A stretch of 64,000 bases of DNA from NCBI GenBank assembly GCA_951406725.2, contig OX597833.1, positions 20,150,001 to 20,214,000 of the forward strand. The letters are read 5' to 3'. Under the pieces are notes generated by a model, which saw only the letters and a list, made by a program, of their open reading frames with translations, was not told the origin of the DNA and did no database searches. A program made the position numbers and the translations under genes. The stretch is from Octopus vulgaris (lineage: Eukaryota). Shown piece by piece: positions 27,276 through 40,860 of the stretch (within the stretch, counting starts at the first letter, position 1; the number at the start of each line of letters is the position of its first letter).

Positions 27276-27759
27276 AATATTTTTTTAAAGACTACTACAT
27301 TATCCAATGTGTAATTTTTTGAAGATAGTAGTATGTGATTAGGAAGAAACTTAGCTGTTATTTTTGGCAGGCAAAGTGACCATGTGGAAGCTATTTTATT
27401 CATTCTAAATACATCAATTCTGTATTTGAAGTATACACTCTGGGCCATTTCCATTTCACATTTTCTACACTTATTTATAAAACCCTGTATATTGTTGTCC
27501 TTTCAAAATATGTTTACTTCTTAAAAGTGATCAAATTCTTGTTTGCATAAAGCCTTCAACAACAGCTGTTTTACATAATTATGATAAGCCACTGCATTTC
27601 TGCAACATTCAGAGGAAATAAGAACATGCCAAACACAAAAGAGAGTAATCTATAGTCCGTTTTCTTACTCAATGCTGAGTATAAATTAAAAGTGACAATA
27701 TAAACCTGATGACAGATCCAATGTCATTTCAGTATATATATTTAAATATATACATATAT

Positions 27760-28300
27760 AGGTACAGGCATGGCTGTGTGGTAAGAAGTTTGCTTCCCAA
27801 CCACATGGTTCCGGGTTCAGTCCCACTGTGTACTACTACATCCTCAGGCCGATCAAAGCCTCTTGTGAGTAGATTTGGTAGACGGAAACTGAAAGAAGCC
27901 CATCATATATATATATATATATATTTGTGTGTACTGTATTTGTCGCCCCACCACCACCATTGCTTGACAACTGATGTTGGTGTGTTTACATCCCTGTAAC
28001 TTAGCAGTTCAGCAAAAAAAGAGAGATAGAATATGTACTAGGCTTACAAAGAATAAGTCCTGAGGTCAATTTGTTTGACTGAAGGCGGTGCTCCAGCATG
28101 GCCACAGTCAACAAATAACTGAAACAAGTAAATATATATATATATATATATATATAAATATATTATATTTATTATTCTTATCTTAAATAAGAATGTTTGT
28201 TGACAGTGACTTCAAAGTTTTGGACAGCTACAAAAGTATAGAGTAACCAATCAGATTTAATGTAAAATAGGTTTTGCTATAGGTGAACATAAAAACAAAC

Positions 28301-28354
<54 letters not shown>

Positions 28355-28804
28355 TATATATATGTATATATATATATATAAATATACATTTTTTTTCATA
28401 TATGTATATTCTTTTTCTTTTCTTTTATTCTTTTACTTGTTTCAGTCATTTGAATGTGGCCATGTTGGAGCACCGCCTTTTTAGTCGAACAAATCAACCC
28501 CAGGACTAATTCTTTGTAAGCCTAGTACTTATTCTATTGGCCTTTTTTGCTGAACTGCTAAGTTACGGGGACATAAACACACCAACATCAGTTGTCAAAC
28601 GATGGTGGGGGGACAAACACAGACACACAAACATACACACACACACATACAACAGGCTTCTTTCAATTTCTGTTTACCATATCTACTCACAAGCTTTTGT
28701 CGGCCCAAGTCTATAGTAGAAGACAGTTGCCCAAGGTGCCACACAGTGGGACTGAACCTGGAACCAAGTAGTTGGTAAGCAAGCTACTTACCACACAGCC
28801 ACTC
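27760..28804. mobile_element. Inverted pair of family A SINEs (27760-28132 +, 28415-28804 -)
   Basis: Homology to 2270-2690 in opposite orientations. Confidence 0.85.
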
Positions 28805-28894
28805 ATATATATATATATATATATATGCATACATGTATATCATCAGTAAATCATAAATCTGAAACAGAAGCACAATCTAAGTTTATATGTACGT

Positions 28895-29111
28895 ACATAC
28901 ATACATACATTACATACATACCTACATACATTACATACATAACATACATACATACATTACATACATACATTACATTACATACATACCTTACATACATAAC
29001 ATACATACATACATACATTACATACATACATTACATACGTATATTACATACATACATACATTACATTACATACATTACATTACATACATTACATTACATA
29101 CATTACATACA

Positions 29112-29142
<31 letters not shown>

Positions 29143-29402
29143 CATTACATACATTACATACATACATTACATACATACATTACATACATACATTACATAC
29201 ATACATTACATACATACATTACATACATTACATACATTACATACATACATACATTACATACATAACATACATACATTACATTACATACATACATTACATA
29301 CATTACATACATACATTACATACATACATTACATACATACATTACATACATACATTACATACATACATTACATACATTACATACATACATACATACATAC
29401 AT
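28895..29402. repeat. Compound (TACA)n/(TTACA)n microsatellite
   Basis: Read directly from sequence. Confidence 0.95.
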
Positions 29403-31195
29403 CAGTAATCTTGGTAATTAACTCAGTAGCACTCTGGTGTGTATTTGGCTAACAGGGTACTGAGGAAGAATACCTGTGTTCATCATTATCTAAAAACCAG
29501 TCAACAGAACAAGCAACACAACATTAACTAGTTAGATGCTATTAAGCACTGCATAAATTCAGTGTATATAGCAACAAACGTTGCACATATAAAGCTGTGT
29601 AAAATGCAATGGAAGACTATGAAAGGAGCTGAAATTTTGTTCAAATTAAACAGCATCTCCATGCTATTCATATTCTTAGACACACACAAAGACACACACA
29701 CACTTTCAGCAGAAGTGCTGGAAGCCTCCTGTAGTTTATCTGTAATTTATTTATTCAATATACCCATGATGGTAAAATCAAGAACGTTGAGTATCCTGAG
29801 GTGCCAACATGACAATGTTCAGAATTCTCAAGGTTACAATGATGAGAACAAAACTAACATCATATAAAGCCAGGGCTCACCACTCTTAATATCATTTCCT
29901 TATCACAGCATATATTGCAATTCCAATATTTGGATGCATGTATTTCCTATGGGCATGCTGGTTTCCATACATTATATAAATGATCTTATTTCCAAGTGTA
30001 GTTTACCTTCTGATACTTAGGGGTCCTACTCATTTTACAAAATATTTTTTAAGAATTAAAGTATTTCAAAAATAAGAAATAATATATTATGGTTAAAAAT
30101 ATTTTTGAATGAAATAAAACTGCATTCACATTTGCATAATTCCCATATTCATATTCAATGTTTGAATTAGTTACATGTCATTTACACAACTTAAAAAAAA
30201 ATACAAGGTGCATTCCAGAAGTTTTGAGAAATTTTTAGGAGAGGCAGTTATGACTGTCCTAGATTATTGTGAGTTTAGTATATCATTACTATCTATACAT
30301 CTAATAAGCTGACCTGCCAACTGAGGTGGTGGGGGAGCAATGACAAAGTGGGATCCACCCCATGTGAAACTTTTACGGGGAGTGCGGCACTTTTAGGTCT
30401 GCTATATAAAGCTTATATAGGATGTATTGGTGCAGGGCTGGTGGCAAACACAAGGGCTACCCTGAGCAGCCCACACTCTAGCAACGCTACTGGATAACAG
30501 AACAAAAACATTATATATCTAAGATGCTGTTTTCATTACAAACAACAATAATATTCCTATCAACCACACCTTACAATTGATGTCATATTCTCTGTTCCTA
30601 ATTACAAGTGAAGAAAATAAATAAATAAATAAATAAATAAATAAAATTAGTAAAAACACCAGTGAGAAAGCTAAACATTCATGTATACACAGATATATAT
30701 AACCATGTACAGTTCTTCATCCTCATTACAGCAAATAAACTTTACCAATTTTCTGAACCTAATATTAAAATATAAAAAAAAAATTAGGGACTAAAAAAAG
30801 TAACTTTCACTTCAAAACAGTTTATAGAGGCCACAAAATTCCAAGTGTAGGTGGATAAGTCTTTTGATTCCATAGCACCATAAACTTCATAATTTTTTCC
30901 CCAGTAAAATGTTAATAGATTCTCTTTTCAAAAGAAACTTTAATAACTAGATTATGTGAACTGGGTTTAGTTCACTGCTGCATATATATACATATATATG
31001 AACACACATTAAAAAAAAGAAAAAACACCACTCTGTCAGTTATAAACACAAGTGTTGCAGCTGATCTGATCAAGGGAACAAGCTGCTCATAAAATTAACA
31101 TGCAAATGGCTGAACACTCCACAGATGAGTAATTTTAACATAGTTCTCAAGACGATTCAACATGACACAGAATCTGACAAGACTGGCTCGTTGAA

Positions 31196-31793
31196 GGCAG
31201 TGAGCTGGCAGAATCGTTGGCATGCCGGGCGTAATGCTTAGCGGTATTTTGCCCGTCACTACGTTCTGAGTTCAAATTCCGCCAAGGTCGACTTTGCCTT
31301 TCATCCTTTCAGGGTTGATAAATTAAGTACCAGTTACGCACTGGGGTTGATATAATCGACTTAATCCATTTGTCAGTCTTTGTTTTTCCCCTCTGTGTTT
31401 AGCCCCTTGTGGGTAGTAAAGAAATAGGTATTTCATCTGCCACTATGTTCTGAGTTCAAATTCTGCCAAGGTCGACTTTGCCTTTCATCCTTTCGGGATC
31501 GATTAAATAAGTACCAGTTACGCACTGGGGTCGATGTAATTGACTTAATCCATTTGTCTGTCCTTCATTGTCCCCTCTGTGTTTAGCCCCTTGTGGGTAG
31601 TAAAGAAATAGGTATTTCATCTGCCGCTACGTTCTGAGTTCAAATTCTGCCACGGTCGACTTTGCCTTTCATCTTTTCGGGGTCAATTAAATAGGTACCA
31701 GTTATGCACCGGGGTCGATGTAATCGACTTAATCCATTTGTCTGTCCTTGTTTGTCCCCTCTATATTTAGCTCTTTGTGGGCAGTAAAGAAAT
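31196..31793 (+). mobile_element. Family B SINE with triplicated ~184-bp body, nested in a family D SINE
   Basis: 17-bp TSD AAGACT(G/A)GCTCGTTGAA at 31179-31195 and 31794-31810; three units each with GTCGACTTTGCCTTTCATC. Confidence 0.9.
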
Positions 31794-32254
31794 AAGACTA
31801 GCTCGTTGAAATACAGGTACTACTCATTTTTGCCAGCTGAGTGGACTGGAGCAACGTGAAATAAAATAAGGGACACAGCATACCACTGGATATTGAACTC
31901 ACAACCTTATGATCATGAGCTGAAAACCCTAACCACTAGCCATGGGCCTTCACGCAGCACACACATGTGGCCCAGTGGTTATGGCGTTCCACTTTCAGTT
32001 GCAAGATTCTGGTTTCAGTTCTCAGACCAGGCAGTACATTGTGTTCTTGAGCAAAACACCTCATATCAATAATTAAAACACACCCACACACATATACATT
32101 TATTTACATACAATATACATAAGAAGTTTGCATCCCAACAACATGGTATCAGGGGTCACTCCCTCTGCAAGGCACTTTGGGCAAGTGTCTTCTACTATAG
32201 CTTCAACCCAACCAAAGCCTTGTGAGTGGATTTGGTACAGAGAAACTGAAAAGC

Positions 32255-32287
<33 letters not shown>

Positions 32288-32292
<5 letters not shown>

Positions 32293-32490
32293 ATCCAAAT
32301 ATGAAAACACAAAGAGAAAACACAACAACGCGAGGACATGGAGCAAGTATAGTGTTATTGGATAATCAGGAAAAGAAAGGAGGATTTAACGTTTCGAGAG
32401 GAGCTCTTCGTCAGAAGCATAGAAAAAGGAAAGGTCCAAGGAAGGGAAGACGGAGAAAGAAAATCGCCAACGATACACACGTGGTCACAT
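32288..32490 (-). mobile_element. ~200-bp hammerhead-bearing mini-element in the (TA)n of a family A SINE
   Basis: Homologous end to end with 55909-56104; TA repeats on both sides. Confidence 0.8.
32384..32418 (-). ncRNA. Minimal hammerhead motif, partly degraded
   Basis: GCUU-CUGACGA-A-GAG-cuccu-CUC-GAAACGUU-AAAU. Confidence 0.6.
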
Positions 32491-32719
32491 ATATATGTGT
32501 GTGTGTGTGTGGTGTTTGTCACTGATCACCATCGCTTGACAACCAGTGTTGGTGTGTTTATGTCCCCATAACTTAGCAGTTTAGCTGTAAAAAAGACCAG
32601 GCTTTAAAAGAAAATAAGATTTGGGGTTGATTCATTCCATTAAAATTTTTTTAAGGAGATGCCCCAGTATGGCCACAGTCTAATATCTGAAACAAAAGAA
32701 AACGATAAAAAATATGCAT

Positions 32720-33115
32720 AGGCACAGGAGTGGCTGTGTTGTAAGTAGCTTGCTTACCAACCACATGGTTCCGGGTTCAGTCCTACTGTGTGGCACATTG
32801 GGCAAGTGTCTTCTACTATAGCCTCGGGCCAACCAAAGCCTTGTGAGTGGATTTGGTAGACAGAAACTGAAAGAAGCCTGTCGTATATATATTTAAGTAT
32901 ATATCTGTGTGTCTGTGTTTGTCCCCCCCACCCGCAACATCGCTTAACAACCGATGTTGGTGTGTTTACATCCCCATAACATAGCTGTTCAGCAAAAGAG
33001 ACCAATAGAATATGTACAAGGCTTCCAAAGAATAAGTCCTGGGGTCGATTTGCTCGACTAAAAAGCGGTGCTCCAGCATGGCCGCAGTCAAATGACTGAA
33101 ACAAGTAAAGAGAGA
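32720..33115 (+). mobile_element. Full-length family A SINE
   Basis: Homology to 2270-2690. Confidence 0.9.
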
Positions 33116-33138
33116 GTATACCCACAAACATGCATATA

Positions 33139-33188
<50 letters not shown>

Positions 33189-33699
33189 TGCATAGACATG
33201 CTTATACACATGTATACTTACATACATGCATACATATGTACACACACACACACATACTGACCACTAATGTTGCTGCTATAAATTTATATTACTGTTCTAC
33301 AATGATCGGCCTGGTTGGTTGGTTGGTTGGGTTGGTTGGTTTTTGGTGAAAATACAGAGTTGATGATGAATTACATTTAACACAACATTGGCAGTCCCAG
33401 CTTCAATTAATCTCTCATTCAGTGGATGTTGCTGGGCTGTTGGCCTGTTATTGCTGTTACTGTTGTTGTTATTGTTTAGATAACAAAACATATAAGCTAT
33501 AGATTTACTGAAGAAGAATTATTCAGTCTAACGTAAATACAATTTCTTTCCCTTCTCTCACACTCTCTTCCCTGAGGAATTCAATAATTTTAGTAAACAC
33601 TAAAATAGATTTTTGTTTTTTATTCAACAACAGTAATTAATATATTGTTTGTTGTATTCAATATATCAAATGAATTTCCAGAGTAACCATGTAACTATA

Positions 33700-34340
33700 A
33701 GTGCAGGCATGGGGTGTGTGGTTCAGAAGCTTGATTTCCAGTTGTGAGAACTTGGGTTCAGTCCCACTGTGTGGTACCTTGAGCAAGTATCTTCTGCTAT
33801 AGCCCCCAGGGCTGACCAAAGCCTTCAGAGCAGATGTGATAGATAGAACTGAAAAAAAACCCTTCATATGTATGCATTCATATATGTGTGTATGTGTATG
33901 TATGTATGTATGTATGTATGTATGTATGTATGTGTGTATGTGTGTATGTGTGTATGTATGCATGCATGTATGTATGTGTGTGTGTATGTGTGTGTGTATA
34001 TGTGTGTGTATGTATGTGTGTGTATGAATGTGTGTATGAATGTGTGTGTATGAATGTGTGTGTGTATGAATGTGTGTGTGTATGAATGTGTGTGTGTATG
34101 AATGTGTGTGTGTATGAATGTGTGTGTGTGTGTGTATGTATGTGTGTGTGTATGTGTGTGTGTGTCTTTGTGTTGTCCTCAACAACCACTTGACAACTGG
34201 TGTTGGTTTGTTTCTATCTCTGTAACTTAGCGGTTCGGCAAAAGTGACTGTTAGAATAAGTACCAGAGTTTTTTTTTAAATGTCGTGGGGTGGAGTTAAT
34301 TTATTTCCCTAAACCCTTTAAGGCAGTGGCCCAACATGTC
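33700..34340 (+). mobile_element. Family A SINE with ~280-bp expanded (TATG)/(TG) middle
   Basis: SINE 5' and 3' halves flank the microsatellite at 33885-34165. Confidence 0.8.
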
Positions 34341-36270
34341 TGAAACTAGTAAAATATAAAAGATATTTTTATAGTTCAATGTTAGGTCAACTCTGATTGA
34401 CCAGACCTATGATCAAAAAGCATTTCAATCATAATCGTCCTGTCTTTGTAGAGGTATTTTATCTAATTTATCCATCTACATTTAAGATGAGAGAATGTAA
34501 TTTAAAGAAGATTAGCATTCAGACTACACTGTCAAATTTGGTGCTTATTTATTCACATTATTTGGAGTTAATCATGCATTATTTCATAGCTTCAAGATTT
34601 CGATGATGTGATTGTTTAGTTTTAGAATAACATTGTAGGGTGGGTGTGAGAAGCAGGATCTGACCAGTTTGAACATAAAACAGGTAGAATATCTGGGCTG
34701 AATATGGCTGGTTTAAATGCTAAAGGGTTAAGCTGCTCTTTCTAGACAGTTGAGTGACAGCATGGTAGGTCACTCAGTGGCTTGAAAAACCTATGTATGG
34801 AGGAATGCAAAGAATGTGAAGAATGCAAAGATATTTTTAATAATAATATTATTGTCATTAAACCAGTCTTTCACTGAACACTCAGAAAGCTCCTTCAAAG
34901 AATATACAATGTTATCGATTTGTTGTCATTGTTTTTAATGACCTCTTTTCTATGCTCACATGGGTTGGACAGAATTCATTGTGGCAGATTTTTCAGGGCC
35001 AGATACTGCTCCTGATGCCAGCCCTCACCAGTTTCCAAGTAGGGTAATATTTCCCCCTTGCCCATACAAGTTATTGTGAGAGGTTGGAAATGAAGGACAC
35101 TTCTTGCATGAGTAACACTTGTTTACAAATATTACATAAAGTCAAGGCAAGGAGACAGTAACATACACACACTACACACACTGGGTTTCTTCGTTTCCAT
35201 CTACCAAATCCACTCACAGGGCTACAGTAGAAGTCAATTGCCCAAGGTATCACACAGTGGGACTGAAACTGAAACTTTGTGGTTCGGAGGCAAACTTCTT
35301 ACCATACAGTTATGCCTATGCCTAACCAATATAAAAACATTCCTATCTTTAAAAAGGCACGCAACTTTTTACCATATAGTAAATTAGTATCACCTGTAAC
35401 TTACTGAATTCTTTGACTAGGTTACAACTGAAGTTATTCAATGGAGAATACACTTAGGTATCTCCTCCTGTCCCAAAGAAGGAAAAGAATATTTGTTTAG
35501 TATACAGTGCTAATATTATCATTGTGGTCAACTTTGACCAATGGTCAAAGATATTCCAGTTATGATTATGGTATAGCTTTTTACCTTTTTTTTAATCATT
35601 TTACTTGTTGCTGTCATTGGACTTCAGCCATACTAGGGAGCCATCTCAAAGTGTTTAGTTGAGCAAATCAACACAAGTACTTATTTTTAAGTTTGGTACT
35701 TACTCTATCAGTCTCTTTTGTCAAACCACAATGTTATGGGGACATACACAAACCAATGGTGATGTGTGGCTTAGTGGTTAGGATGTTGGACTCATAACTG
35801 TATGATTAAGGTTTTGATTCCTGGACTAGGCAATGTGTTGTATTCTTGAGTAAAACTCTTCATTTCACATTGTTCCCGTCCATTCAGCAGGCAAAATGAG
35901 TATTTCTGCGACAGACTGGTGTCCCATCCAGTGGGGAGTATATATGCTAAGGAATCCTGGAAACTGGCCCTATCAAGAAGTGGTGAGGTTCAAATATGAG
36001 CACACAAAGACAGACACACTTGCACTATACACAGTTTCCATCGACCAAATTCACTTGTAAGACATTGGTTGGTCCAGGGCTATAGTAGAAGATACTTGCC
36101 CAAGGTACCATGCAGTGGGACTGAACTGGAAACAACGTGGTTGCGAAATGAGCTTTTTAACTATACAACCATGCTTGTGCTCATATATATAAAACACTAT
36201 TTAATGTTACGGAGATGTACTTGCATAGCAAGTGACCTGATCTGAGATCATGTGCTCAAACGAAAACAAA

Positions 36271-36492
36271 TGCAGCATGGAAGGGGTTTATAAGCCATTT
36301 AAGAAACACACAAAATCCGTTAGGTTCACTTCAACATTTAAATTTAATTTGTCGAAATATTTTCGTCGTCAGTGAACAAGTTGCGGTCTCAAAGCAACGA
36401 AAATATTTTGACAAAATAAATTTAAATGTTGAAGCGAATCTAACGGATTTTGTGTGTTTCTTAAATGGCTTATAAACACCTTCCACGCTGCA
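36271..36492. repeat. 96-bp-arm inverted repeat (foldback) of a Penelope-like terminal region
   Basis: 36271-36366 vs reverse complement of 36397-36492: 90/96 identical by manual alignment, 30-nt spacer. Confidence 0.95.
36368..36412 (+). ncRNA. Minimal type I hammerhead motif with G3-C8 swapped core
   Basis: GUCA-GUGAACA-A-GUUGC-loop-GCAAC-GAAA-AUAU-UU-UGAC, followed by AAUAAA. Confidence 0.65.
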
Positions 36493-37481
36493 ATTATTTA
36501 ACGTAATCTTTCTTTACAATGGTAAGCATCATCATCATCATCAGATAACATCCGTTTTCCATGCTGGCATAGTTTGGACAGTTTGACAGGAGCTGGCAAG
36601 CCAGAAGACTGCACCAGGCTTCACTGTCTGTTTTGGCAGGGTTTTTACAGCTGGAGGCCCTTCCTAATGCCAACCACCTTACAGAGTGAAGTGAATGCTT
36701 TTCACATGACACCAGCACTGGTGAGGGGTGTGAATTGTGGGAGATTTAGTTGCTATTTCTAGCTGTTTGAAATACCAATAGAGGCTCCCACAATGAGTTA
36801 GTATAGTTTACAATGTTGAACTGTACTTCCCCACAATATCTATAATATTGTTGGGTAAACTGCTATTGTTAAAAATATCATCTTTTTGATTAGTAGCTTG
36901 GTACCCTAAACAACCTGACCAGTTCTGACTCTTCTCTATTTTCTAACAGCATTAATTTAATCCACACCATCACCACCACTAATGTAATATAAACTTGCGA
37001 AAGTATAGAATCTAAAACCATAAAGAATCCAAGCTATTCTCTTGCATCATATCACAATTTCAAGAAAAAACTATTATTATGCAACTCTCCATCTTTAATT
37101 AGATATTAAATATTCTCTAGTACAATGTAAATGGGGAATTATTCAGTGTGTTAAAAATATACAGTTCAGAAAGATCATTTTATATTTGACAAAAAGATAA
37201 AGATGTACGTCTCTGTAGCATGTAGCTTTGATCTTGTATTAAGCTAATGAGTCTCCCCGAGGACAGAACAGGAAGGAGATAACTCTATTCATGCTAACAA
37301 TCCACAAATATCTTACATGTTACAGTTATTGTTGCATAACTTTAGATTAACAATTAACTCTGATCAAGAAGACCTATGATCAAAGACTACAGCTGCATGT
37401 TTAAGAAGTTGACTTCTCAACAATGTGGTTTCAGGTTCTATCCCACTGCGTGGCATCTTGGGAAAGTTGTTTTCTATTATA

Positions 37482-37712
37482 TATTTCTTTACTACCCACA
37501 AGGGGCTAAACACAGAGGGGACAAACAAGAACAGACAAACGAATTGAGTCGATTACATCGACCCCAGTGTGTAACTGGTACTTAATTTATCGACCCCGAA
37601 AGGATGAAAGGTAAAGTCAACCTAGGCGGAATTTGAACTCAGAACGCAGCAGCAGACGAAATACCACAAAGCATTTCGCCCAGCGTGCTAACATTTCTGC
37701 CAGCTTGCCGCC
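37482..37712 (-). mobile_element. Young family B SINE nested in a family A SINE
   Basis: 16-bp TSD GTTGTTTTCTATTATA at 37466-37481 and 37713-37728. Confidence 0.9.
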
Positions 37713-38696
37713 GTTGTTTTCTATTATAGCCCCAGACTGACCAAAGCCTTGTGATGGAAATTTGATAGATGGAAACTGTGTGAAAGCATATTATGAAGAA
37801 CCATTACTGTTCATGGGTGGTAGACTTAATCAGTCAACTGATTTCCTATTACGTTTGGTACCCTGGTATCCATTCCACTGCAAGCTTTTGGTCCTGATCT
37901 CAAGTCTGAGGATAATTCCCTACTTTTTTCCCATAAGTCTGAGCCCCTACAAAAAAGGTAGGAGTCCTACCAATTGTTCCTCATTCCTCTGACTGATCCA
38001 TTAAAAAAATGGTGTTCCAACCATGACTACCCTGTCAGTTTACATTTCTAACATTAAAAGAAGTCATGAGAATCACACTCTCATTTCTCCTAACCTATAT
38101 ATTTGAAAGATTGTGCATATGTAAGGAGTCATTATAGTATAACATTGGGTTACAAATCGATCATATTTTAGCTTTATGGATTCAATAAAGCAAGTCCTAC
38201 AAGTCCTTCAAAAGTGTTGCTACATGGCCACAGAACTTATCTGAAAGTAACTGCCAAATTTCCCTCAAATCCCATGTAAATCTCTTTCAAAAGGAAGAAC
38301 ACACTAGATAATGTCACCTTAACCCGAAAAAAAACAAAAGAAAAAAGGTAGGACAGACACAAAGTAGGAAACCTTTGATCTAAGGTCTGTTCAATGAAGG
38401 TTCACTTAGGGTTAAACAACAACACAAAATAAATACCCCTAATATACAAATACTGATTTGATTCCCTGTACCCATCTGTTGCTAAACTTGGCCAAGTGCC
38501 AAGCATCAATACTATTTGTTATATTTATAATCAATTTATTATAACTGATAACATGTTGGTCAATGTATTCCATCTGGAATTTCAGCAATGAGCTGAATAT
38601 TTTAACATGGATTTCAAGTATTTAATAATGCTTTGACTTTTTTTGTTTTTTATGTGAATTACTAAGGCTATAGAATGTAACACAAATGTAGAATAT

Positions 38697-39035
38697 GAAG
38701 GCGCATGGCTCAGTGTTTAGAGCATAGAGCTTACGACTGTGAATTTGTGAGTTCGATTCCCAGACTGGGCTGTGTGTTGTGTTCTTGAGCAAGACACTTT
38801 ATTTCACGTTACACCAGTTAACTCAGCTGTAGAAATTAGTTGCGACATCACTGGTGCCAAGCTGTATTGGCCCCTTTGCCCTTTCCCTTGGATAACATCA
38901 GCGGTGTGGAAAGGGGAGGCTGGTATGTATGGGTGACTGCTGGCCTTCCGTAAACAACCTTGCCCAGACTTGTGCCTCGGAGGGTAACTTTCTAGGTGCA
39001 ATCCCATGGTCATTCATGACCAAAGGGGGTCTCCT
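38697..39035 (+). mobile_element. Full-length family D tRNA-derived SINE
   Basis: TGGCTCAGTG A-box, GAGTTCGATTCC B-box, CTTGAGCAAGACACTT core-like motif. Confidence 0.9.
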
Positions 39036-39784
39036 CTTGAATGTAATACAAATCTATAGTGTTTGGAATTGAACCCTTATTTCCAAGACAGCTAAATTAA
39101 TACATCTATTCTTGTTTATCAAGAATAGATGTAATAGTTAAATGAAAGTGGAACACTGTGTTAAATGAATCAGTGCTAAATGGATAAGAGAACATATGGG
39201 AAAAATTGATTTCTTTCTGAGGCCATATGGCCTCATATATATGGCTCACTCATATGATAGTTTCCTTACTAGCTCAAAGACTATTTCCTTAAGTACCTAG
39301 GTCATATCTGCCTGGCAGAGTCAATTTTTTACACAGGATTTTAACACAGCACTGCAATCTAACAAAACAATTGCTAACTATATAGGGTTCCCGTTGCTTT
39401 CAGCTACTAGCTATAGTAATTACGTAAGCTTAGGTGGACTAAAATAGCTCAAAGCTAAGTTTCTTGACCACCAGATGGCTGGAGTGCAGTCAACTCTACT
39501 AGCTAAAGCTTTATATTTACAAGTTAGTTTCAACAAAGCAGTTACAAATGCCAGAGTAGAAAGGACGTTGGTTTATAGCTTCAGGACTAAAAGTTTATAT
39601 ACCATCACTTATTCTTTATGTCACTAGTAAAGTATATTTAACTTTCAAAATGTACAGTTTAAGAGAATTCAAGTCAGAGTTACTTCACGGCTTTAAGAGG
39701 ACTAAATAATTGAAAAGGGTTCACTTAAAATGTTACCATATTCCTGTTGAGATGCTGTGTGTTTCTTTCAATTAATTTTTTTAA

Positions 39785-40323
39785 AAGCGTGGGGCATAAA
39801 GATCTCCCACATTTGGAGGAGACACCATGTGGACGTAAGTAGAAGTAGAGAGGCGGGACAAGTTTCATTTGGAAGGCTAAGATTTACCATTTTTGTATTC
39901 ATTACTAATTACTCAAAAACTTCTTTTTTTTTTAAGGTTCAACCATTTTCGTATTCATCATTACTTACTCAAAAACTTTAAGGGGAGACATAGGGTAGTC
40001 AGCAAAATCACCAGATTTAAGCCCTCGTGACTTTTTCCTTTAAGGAATAAGTTTTCTGACATCATCCTCGAACTCTTGAGGATTTGAAAGAAAGAATTCA
40101 TGAAGAAATCAATGCAATACCACCTGAGATGACACAGAGAGTCATGGAGAACTTCTGGAACGACTGCATCAATGTATTGCCAACAACTGTCACCATTTGC
40201 CTAATAAAGTTTTTAAACTGTTTTTTTATGTATTTTTCAGAAACATGATAAAATTTTTCCCAGATGGTTGTGCTCTCTTTTTATATTCATTCACAACATG
40301 GGGGATCTTTATGCCCCGCCCTT
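39785..40323 (+). mobile_element. Deleted Tc1/mariner element nested in a TTAA-type MITE (~39726-40492)
   Basis: TIR GGGGCATAAAGATC(T/C)CCCA; internal relic SPDLSPRDFFL..PRTLEDLKERIHEEINAIPPEMTQRVMENF. Confidence 0.8.
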
Positions 40324-40860
40324 TATAACAAAAGAATTTAATAAAATAACTTAGTTATCATTAAGCTAGTGTTGGGAACATAAATTGTAATTATGGTTTG
40401 GTGGAAGATTTTAATTCAGAGCTTTTGAAAACAAAACATTTGTACTACAGAACCAGGGGCGATTTCAGGTGGGTTGGTATCAAAAGGGTTAAGATGCAAT
40501 ATTCATCATCATCATCATTATTTTAACATCCTCTTTTGCGTGACTCAGACAGAATTTACCGAGGCAAAGTTTCTATAGGTGACCAGATGCCCTTCCTGTC
40601 ACAAACCCTTACCTGTTTCCAAGTAAGGTAATATTTCTTATGACCAGATATGTTTTCACAGAATGTTGAAAATGAAAGGCACTGCTTGCATGACAGTGGC
40701 AATCGCTTACAACTATCATGTGATGTCAAGGCAAAGAGACAGAAACACACACATGTATGTGCATGCACACACACACATATATAACAGGCTTCTTTCAGTT
40801 TCCACGTACTAAATCTACTCACAAGGCTTTGGTCAGCCCAGGACTACAGCAGAAGACACT

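Noticed and set aside
30320-30492. Possible hAT MITE ends (also 16874 and 51611-52405)
   Set aside because: Could not confirm paired TIRs and 8-bp TSDs
38697-38770. tRNA-like sequence (also at 11484, 23666, 44118, 45356)
   Set aside because: SINE heads continuing into SINE bodies; no proper cloverleaf or terminator
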